From contig QPMI01000364.1 of NCBI GenBank assembly GCA_004431415.1, positions 1-39,910 on the forward strand: a stretch of 39,910 nt of DNA, in the 5' to 3' direction. The DNA comes from Cyanophora paradoxa CCMP329. Its lineage: Eukaryota; Plantae; Glaucophyta. Under the pieces are notes generated by a model. It was not told where the DNA came from, searched no databases, and saw nothing but the letters and a program-made list of their open reading frames with translations. A program made the translations under genes and the position numbers. Of this stretch, positions 33,048-39,910 are shown piece after piece (the first letter of the stretch is position 1; each line of letters begins with the position of its first letter).

Positions 33048-36000
33048 CTAGAAGTCGAAGGCGGAGGCGGTGAGGGCGCCGGCCTCGTAGCCGGCGAGGT
33101 GGTAGGCCCGGTGCTGCGGGGCGTCAGGGGACACGGGCGCGCGGAGGGGCCGGCGCACGAGGCGGGGGTAGAAGAAGACGTGGGCGGAGGCGTGCTGGGG
33201 GAAGGAGCCGAAGAGGGCGCGGGAGAGGCGGGCGAACCAGGCGGTGCGCCCGAGGGCGGAGGGGCCGCAGTCGCAGAGGCAGCCGTGGAGGGAGGAGGGC
33301 GGCCCCAGGCCCGCCGCGCTGTGCGCCTGCTGCGCGTGCCCCTCCCACGACTCCCGCGCCGCCCGCCGCTGCGCCCCCCGCGTCGGCCGGCGGCGGGGCG
33401 GGGCGGGGCGGGGCGGGGCGGGGTGGCGGGCCTCTTTCGAGGAGCGGGAGGCGCGGAACCAGCCGAACCAGCGCCACGAGCGGCCCTTCTTGCGGCCCTT
33501 CCCGGCCGCCTCCGGCAGCCCGCCCTTCTCCATGTCGAGCCCCTCGGGGACCCCCTGCGGGGGCGTCGGGGGAGTGCAAGGGGGCGGGGCGGGGCGGGGG
33601 CCGGGGACCGGGGGCGGGGCGTCGGGGGTCGGGGGCGGGGCCATGTTCCAGGCGGGGGAGGGCCGGAGCTTGAGGTAGGTGATCTCCCCCACGCGCCGGT
33701 CGGCGTAGCGCACGAAGAAGACGCAGGTGCGGGGCGGCACGGGGGGCACCCCGGCGCCCTCCCCGCCCGCCCCCGCCACGAAGTCCCGGAAGAAGGTCAC
33801 CGCCAGCTCGTCCCGCATCCGCCACAGGTCCGGGTGCCGCGGGTAGAACGAGCAGCTGCGCCGCGTCAGCCGGGCCGGGCGGCCGGGCGGGGGGGGGGGG
33901 GGGCGCGCTTGAGGACTTTGCGGGCGCGGTCGAGGGCGAGGGTCAACGCCGCGCACTCCTGCCGCGCCGCTCGCGGGGCGGGGCGGGGCGGGCGGGCGGG
34001 CGGGCGGGCGGGACGGGCGGGCGGGGCGGACGGTGGCGGGGTCCTCGGTGGAGTCGAAGAGGACGATGCGGTCGCAGCCGCGCCGCAGCAGCGGCAGCAG
34101 CGCCGTCCCCTCCGAGTACGCCGCGTCGCTCAGGTACTGCCACCCGTCGGCCCCCGCGCCCCGCGCCGGCGGGCGGGGCGGGCGGGGCGGGCGGACGATG
34201 TAGGAGGGGAGGCGCTCCGAGTCGCTGCGGACGCCCACGGGGAGGTCGAAGACCTGGGCCGGCGTCAGGGGCGGCGCGGGGGCGCGGCGGCGGGGCGGGG
34301 GCCTGGCGACAGAGCTGGACGATGGGGAGGCCGCTGACGTGCACGCGGAAGGCCCGCGGGGCGAAGCGGACGGCGAGGAGGAAGAAGGCCTGCGGCACCT
34401 CGGCGCGGGGCCCGGGGCGCGGGGCGGGGGCGGGGGCGGGGGATGGGCGCACGACGGTGCCGATGGTGAGGGGGAAGAGGTAGAGGGGGGAGGGGTCGAG
34501 GGCGGCGGCGACGAGGCAGGGGAGGAAGGCGGCGCCGTTGAGGAAGAGGGCGACCCACTGGCCCTCCCGCACCTTCACCGTCGCCACCCACCGCCCCAGC
34601 GACGTCCCGAAGAGCGCCAGCGCCGGCCGGTGCTCCCCCATCCGCCCCGCGCTCGCCGATGCGACCCCCAGCGCCCCCTGCGCCGCCTCAGCGCGCGGCC
34701 GGCGGGGCGGCAGGGCGGGCGCGCGGAGATGGCAGCGGCGTCGGCGAGGGAGAGGGGCGGGAGGCGGTGCACGCCCATGACGCCCTCCCCGGGGGGCGCC
34801 ACGTCCAGCCGCTCGATCCCCGCCGCCGACAGCGCTGCGCCCGCTCGTCGGCGCCGCGCGAGGGGCGCTCGCAGGCGGGCGGAGGCGGGGCGCACCGACG
34901 GGGCACCACTGGCTGGCGTCCACGGGGGCCGGCCCCTCGCCCGCCCCGGAGGCGGCGCGCCAGAGGCTCGCCGAGGCGCAGCTGCGGCGGCCGCGTGAGC
35001 GCGGCGCGAGGCGGGCGGGGCGGGGCGGTGCGGGGCGGGGCGGGGCGGGCGGGCCAGAGGAGCTGGGGCCGGGCGGCGCGGAGCTCGTGGAGGCGGGTGC
35101 CCTTGAAGCCGAGGCGGGGGCAGCGGGCGAAGAAGGCGCGCTGGAGGCGCCAGCGGTGCCACCAGTGGAGGTACCGCTGCTTGACGGCGTCCAGCAGCGG
35201 GTTGGCGACGACGAGGGCGGCGGCGGCGACGCGCAGCTTGACCCAGTCGGCGTGCGAGAGGGCGCTCGCCGCGGGGCGCTCGAAGAGGAAGAGCTCGGCG
35301 AGCTTCCCGTAGGCGACGACCAGCGCGAGGAAGGCGGCGAGGTCCGTGCGCACCCCCGAGAAGAGGCCCGGCAGCAGCGGCGGCAGCAGCAGCGCCCCCG
35401 CCGCCCCGGCCACCACGTACGTGTCCAACATCGCCTCGCTGCGCCCCGTCGGCGCGGGGCGGGGCGGCGGGCGGGGGGCGGGGCGGGGCGGGGCGGGCCT
35501 GAGGAAGAGGTGGCCGGCGAGGTAGACGAAGAGGCCGAGGGCCATGGCGAGGAGGAAGGCGGCGACGGTGAGGGCCCCGTAGGCGAGGCGCGCCGCCCGC
35601 GAGCGCCCCGCCTGCACCCGGCCCCGCACCGCGAAGACCCCCACCAGGCCGGCCAGCATGCACCCGCCCACGCGCCACACGGCCTCCGCCTCCCCGCCCG
35701 CCAGCACGCCCCCGTAGAAGTACCACAGCGTGCTCGTCAGCGGGCCGGCGTACGGCAGGATCGTCACCCCGACTGCCCCCGCCCGTCGCCGCGCCGCGCG
35801 CGGGGGGCGGGCAGCGGCGGGGGCGGGCGGACCGAGGAAGAGGAAGCCGAGGAGGAGGAGGAGGGCGGCGGCGGCGTCGGCGAGGAAGGTGCGGAGGGAG
35901 CGGGCGGAGAGCCAGAGGGGCGCGTTCCGCTCGAACTGCTCCATGAACTCCGCCACCTGCCGCCCCGTCGGCGCCGGCAGCGGCAGCGCCGGCGGGGCGG

Positions 36001-37005
36001 GGGCGCACCCAGCGGGAGGGGTCGGCGCCGCGGCGGGCGAGCCAGTCGTACCAGGCGGTGACGGCGTAGGCGGCCGAGCCGGCGCAGGCGAGCACGTCGA
36101 CGCGCTCGAGGGCGCCGCTGCTCGAGAGGAAGCACAGCACGCCCGACGCGAACGACGCGCTCCGCAGGCCCGCCCCGCCCACCGCCACGCCCACCAGCGG
36201 CCGCCCCGCCTCCCGCTCCGGCCTGCCCCGGCCCCGGCCCCGGCGATCGCGGCGCACCCGCTCCGGGAGAGGCCTGCGCGCGGACCCCCGCGGACGCCTG
36301 CAGTAGCTGCGCGGCGGTCTGCAGCGGGGCCCGCGCTGCAGCGGGCGTCGCAGGTGGCGCCGGCCCCGCGGGGCGCTGCGGCGTCGCGGCCGCCCCGCCC
36401 ACCGGCGGCGGCGGGCGGAAGGCGGGCGGTGGCTGTCGCTGGATACCGGGCGAGGAGGGGCTGTACGCGGCAGTGCTCTTCAAGCCGCGGCCTCCTGGGG
36501 ACGGGAGCGGCGGGCCCGGCCTGCCCTGCGGGCTCGGCGACGCCGACCGGGGAGGGGGCCCGCCCCGCCCCAGCGGCTGGCCCCGCCCCAGCATCCGGTT
36601 CTGCGCGCTCGTGTACACGAGGCTCGCCTGCGAAGAAGACGGCGACGGCTGCTGCTGCTGCGCCAGAGCGCTAGCCGCCGGCGCTGCCCTCGCAATCGAC
36701 GGGGGAGGTGACGGGCGCTGCTGAGCGACCGGCACGGCCACGGGGCGCTGCTGCACGGCCGGCACGGCCACGGGGCGCTGCAGCTGCACCGGCGCGCCCG
36801 CTCTCGGCTGCAGAGCAGGCGGAGGCGCACGCGGCTGCAGGCTCGGAGGCGGCGAAGGGCGAGGCTGGAGCTGTGATGTGCCCCGCCCGACCGGCTGCAG
36901 CGGAGGCGGGCTGGGTCTCGCGGGCGTGGCGAGGGAAGCCCCGCCGCGCCCCAGAGGCAGCGGGGGCACCCGCGGGGCCGGCCTGTCTGGCGGCGGCGGG
37001 CGCAT
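33048..37005 (-). CDS. Patatin/cPLA2-like (FabD/lysophospholipase fold) membrane protein with degenerate catalytic motifs and a Pro/Gln-rich N-terminus
   Basis: VGVAVGGAGLRSASFASGVLCFL...LERVDVLACAGSAAY; multi-TM insert; LSLADAAAIS; LALFGTSLGRWV; YLSDAAYSEGTALLPLLRRGCDRIVLFDS; GEITYLK; FPQH; AYHLAGY. The motif order matches the TM-containing patatin-like family. Confidence 0.75.
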
Positions 37006-37421
37006 CTTGCATGCAGCGAGTCTGACTCAACTACGCTTAGCTAGATCATCGGGCGCCACGTAGATACTGGGAGCGGTGCGCACCGTTTGAAGCTTGCTGA
37101 GTTTGCGTACCCCAAAACCAAGCAAGAACCGACGAAGCAGCGAAGCGCACGGCCTTCGAGCAGCAGAGGCTGATTGAGCAGCCCATAGAAGCTTCTCTGA
37201 CGCCCCTTAGCGCCCCCAGACAACGGCGGCGCTTTTAGCACGGAAGCATATTCGCCAGCTAGCGTCCTGGCGCGGCATCAACAGCTGGGGTTTTTGTGCT
37301 GGTGCCGCAGGATCCAACCCGCTCTCTGAGCGCCAGGGCCGCGGTCCGCAGGCGCGCAGACTAGGTGCTGCCCACCGCTGCAACTGCCTGCAAGGGAGCA
37401 GCGGGTAGCTTAGCTCTAGAT

Positions 37422-39910
37422 ATGGACTTCTCCTTGCCTGGGGCGCCGGTACCGCCGCCGCCCCGGGGCGCGCGGCCGGCTTCCGGGTTTAGGCCGCGCT
37501 CTGGCGGACCCAGGGGGAGCGTGCCAGTCGTTGTGTCGAGGCCGGACTCTGGAACGGGGTGGGTGACGCCAGTGGAGGTAGGAGATCCGGCCGTGATCGA
37601 GTCCGTGGAATCAGTCTCGCTGCGCAACGTGCGCGGGTCATTGAGACGGGGCTCCGCCTTCGTTCGCAGGTACGCTAAGTACGTCGGGCTGGATCTCAAT
37701 CGCGATGCCGACCTGCTCTGGCTCGCCTACTCGGGCCTCCACGCGCCGCTGCCCCCGGGGTGGACCACGCACGACGACGCGGAGACGGGCGCGCCCTACT
37801 TCTACAACGAGGCGAGCGGCCAGAGCAGCTACGAGGTGCGCCGGCCAGCGCCGCCGCGCGGCGGGCGGCTCCTGACGCAGGGGGGCAGCACCCGGCGGAC
37901 GCGCCGATGCGGTTCATGGTGCAGTTCCTGCGGGATCACCGGGAAGAGATGCACGCCTCGCTCGGCGTGCTCGACCTGCGCCGCCAGCTCCGCGCCGAGA
38001 TGGACGCCCGCTGGCACCTGGAGAACAAGCTCCGCCGCGCCGCCGACGTCGCCGCGCAGCAGGCGATGGAGTTCAAGGCGCAGCTCGAGGCGGCGCGGGC
38101 GGAGGCGGAGCGGCAGCTCGCGGAGGCGCACGCGGAGACGCTCCTCGTGCGGGCGCAGCTGCACCCCGACGACGTCGAGAAGGCCGGCGCCGCCATCGCC
38201 GCCCGCCGCGCCGAGAGGCCGCCCGCAACCGCGCGGGCGGCCCCCGCCCGGCCCCGGCCCCGGCCCCGGCCCGGCCTCGGCGGGGAGGTGTGGCGGGACG
38301 CGCTGGAGGCGGCGCAGCGGCGGCACGCGGCGGCGCTGGAGGACGCGCGGCTCGCGCACGCGACGGCGGAGGCGGTGCTGCGCAAGGACATCGAGGCGGC
38401 CCGCGAGGAGGCCCGCCGCGAGGGCGCCATCGCCCTCGCCGCCCTCGAGGGCGCCCTCGAGCAGCTCCGCGAGGACAAGCGGGGCGTGGAGCGGGAGCGC
38501 GAGTCGCTGCGGGAGGCCGTGCAGGCCGCCGAGCGCGCGCTGCGCACGGCCGAGGACGAGCGCCTCGGGCTGCAGGAGCGGCTCGTGGAGAGCCGGCAGG
38601 CGCAGACGCGGCTGCAGGCGCGGGAGGGGGAGCAGGAGGAGGCCAAGGCGGCGCTGGCGCGGCGGGTGGAGGAGGTGCAGGGCCACGTGCGCCGCGTGGA
38701 GGAGCTCCTCGCGGGGCGCACGGCGGAGGCGCTGGCGCTGCAGGGGAGGCTGGCGGAGCTCGAGGGGGAGCTCGGGGAGGAGCGGGAGAAGAGCAAGCGG
38801 CTCGGGGAGATGCTCGAGCGCGCCGCCACCGAGTTCGGCGAGGAGCGCGACCTCATGCGCACCCGGTGCGCGCCCCGCCGGCTCCCCGCCCCGCCCCGCC
38901 GCGCCCGCCGAGGCGCGGGGGCAGGCTGCAGGCGGCGGAGGCGGTGTACGAGGAGGAGAAGGCGCGGGCGCGGGGCGAGGTGGCGGAGGCGCAGGCGGCG
39001 CTCGAGGCGCAGCGGGGCGAGACGGGGCGGGCGGAGGCGAGGGTGGCGGAGCTGCGGGGCGAGCTGGCGCGCGCCGGCGAGCTCATCGCCGACCTCGAGG
39101 CCAAGGTCGCCGACGCAGACGCCACCCTCGGCCAGAAGGTCCGCCCGCCCGCCCCGCCCGCCCGCCCCGGGGGCCGGGGAGTGACGGCGGGGACAGTACA
39201 AGCTGGTGGTGACGGGCCTGGAGGTGGAGAAGCGGGCGCTGGAGCAGCGGCTGGACAAGGTCAGCCGGGCGGCGAGCGAGGCGGCGGCGGCGCACGGCGA
39301 GGAGGCCGCCACGCTGCGCTCCGACGCGGCGGCGGCCAAGGGCGAGGCGGCCGACCTGCGGCACAGGCTCCAGCTCGCCCTCGCCGAGGCGCGCCGCGCG
39401 GGGCGGGGCGGGGCGGGGCTCCGGGGCGGGGCTGACGCGCGCGGCAGAAAGAGGAGGTGATCGCGTCGGCGGAGCGGTTCCAGGCGACGATGGAGGGGGC
39501 GATGGCGCAGCAGCGGGCCGGCGAGGAGGCGCGCGTCGGGGAGCTCGAGGCGCGGCACGAGCGCGAGCGCTCGGAGTGGCGTGTCCTCCTCTCGAAGGAG
39601 CAGGAGGAGCGGCGCGTCGAGGTCGCCGCCGCCGTGCGCGCCATCGCCGAGGAGAAGCTCAAGACCGCCGAGGCGCTCGCCGCCGCTAAGGTCGCCGTCG
39701 AGCGCCTCGCCGCCGAGCTCGAGGAGCGCACAGCGGCGATGCGCGCCGCCGCCAAGCTCGACCCCGAGAAGCTCGCGGAGCTGGTCGAGGGCGTGCGGGG
39801 CGAGATGCGCGCCGAGGTCGCCGAGGCGGTGGCCCGCCTGCGCGAGGAGGCGGCGGAGGAGGTGGCGGCGCTGCGGGCGGAGGCGCGGGAGGCGCAGGAG
39901 CGCTGGCGGG
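37422..39910 (+). CDS. CEP164-like WW-domain plus long coiled-coil protein (runs off the window)
   Basis: RYAKYVGLDLNRDADLLWLAYSGLHAPLPPGWTTHDDAETGAPYFYNEASGQSSYE|HPAD matches the CEP164-type helical-bundle plus WW module. It is followed by several hundred residues of E/A/R-rich heptads. Confidence 0.75.

Noticed and set aside
256-39755. Numerous long Arg/Pro/Gly/Ala-rich ORFs in the six-frame track (for example 7413-9104 -, 19937-21868 +, 28815-30773 +, 37936-39558 -)
   Set aside because: They are shadow or intron read-through frames caused by very high GC and scarce stop codons. The real proteins emerge only after splicing.

Overview
This window is eukaryotic nuclear DNA, not prokaryotic. 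It is very GC-rich and gene-dense, with many short (mostly ~50-90 nt) spliceosomal introns, so most six-frame ORFs are shadow frames. A cyanobacterial-type methyltransferase with an 'MSSAF...' plastid-type leader suggests an alga with a primary plastid, plausibly a glaucophyte such as Cyanophora (inference only). Genes parsed by hand: TMEM256/DUF423, a small single-TM protein, a PAP/DCR2-like metallophosphoesterase, an ABC1/ADCK kinase, a GGF..GERR repeat protein, a plastid SAM methyltransferase, VMP1, histone H2A, a cationic amino-acid transporter, GID8/TWA1, two hypotheticals, an IQ-motif gene, a degenerate patatin-like membrane protein and a CEP164-like WW/coiled-coil protein. The most unusual observations are these. 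(1) Intergenic tracts built almost entirely of chained short palindromes; one is interrupted by a 1.57-kb CAC...GTG element with 18-bp TIRs and a 3-bp TSD, which suggests accumulated hairpin-type excision footprints. (2) A 2-nt micro-exon required to rebuild the conserved CYAEF motif of the transporter. (3) Frequent GC-AG introns (3 of 10 in each of two fully parsed genes) with a G(T/C)(G/C)CG donor consensus. (4) An intron-containing H2A with a histone 3' stem-loop. (5) A chimeric DNA-level copy of two gene fragments. (6) A 4.5-kb tandem duplication that may be an assembly artefact. Exon boundaries are manual and some gene ends are approximate.
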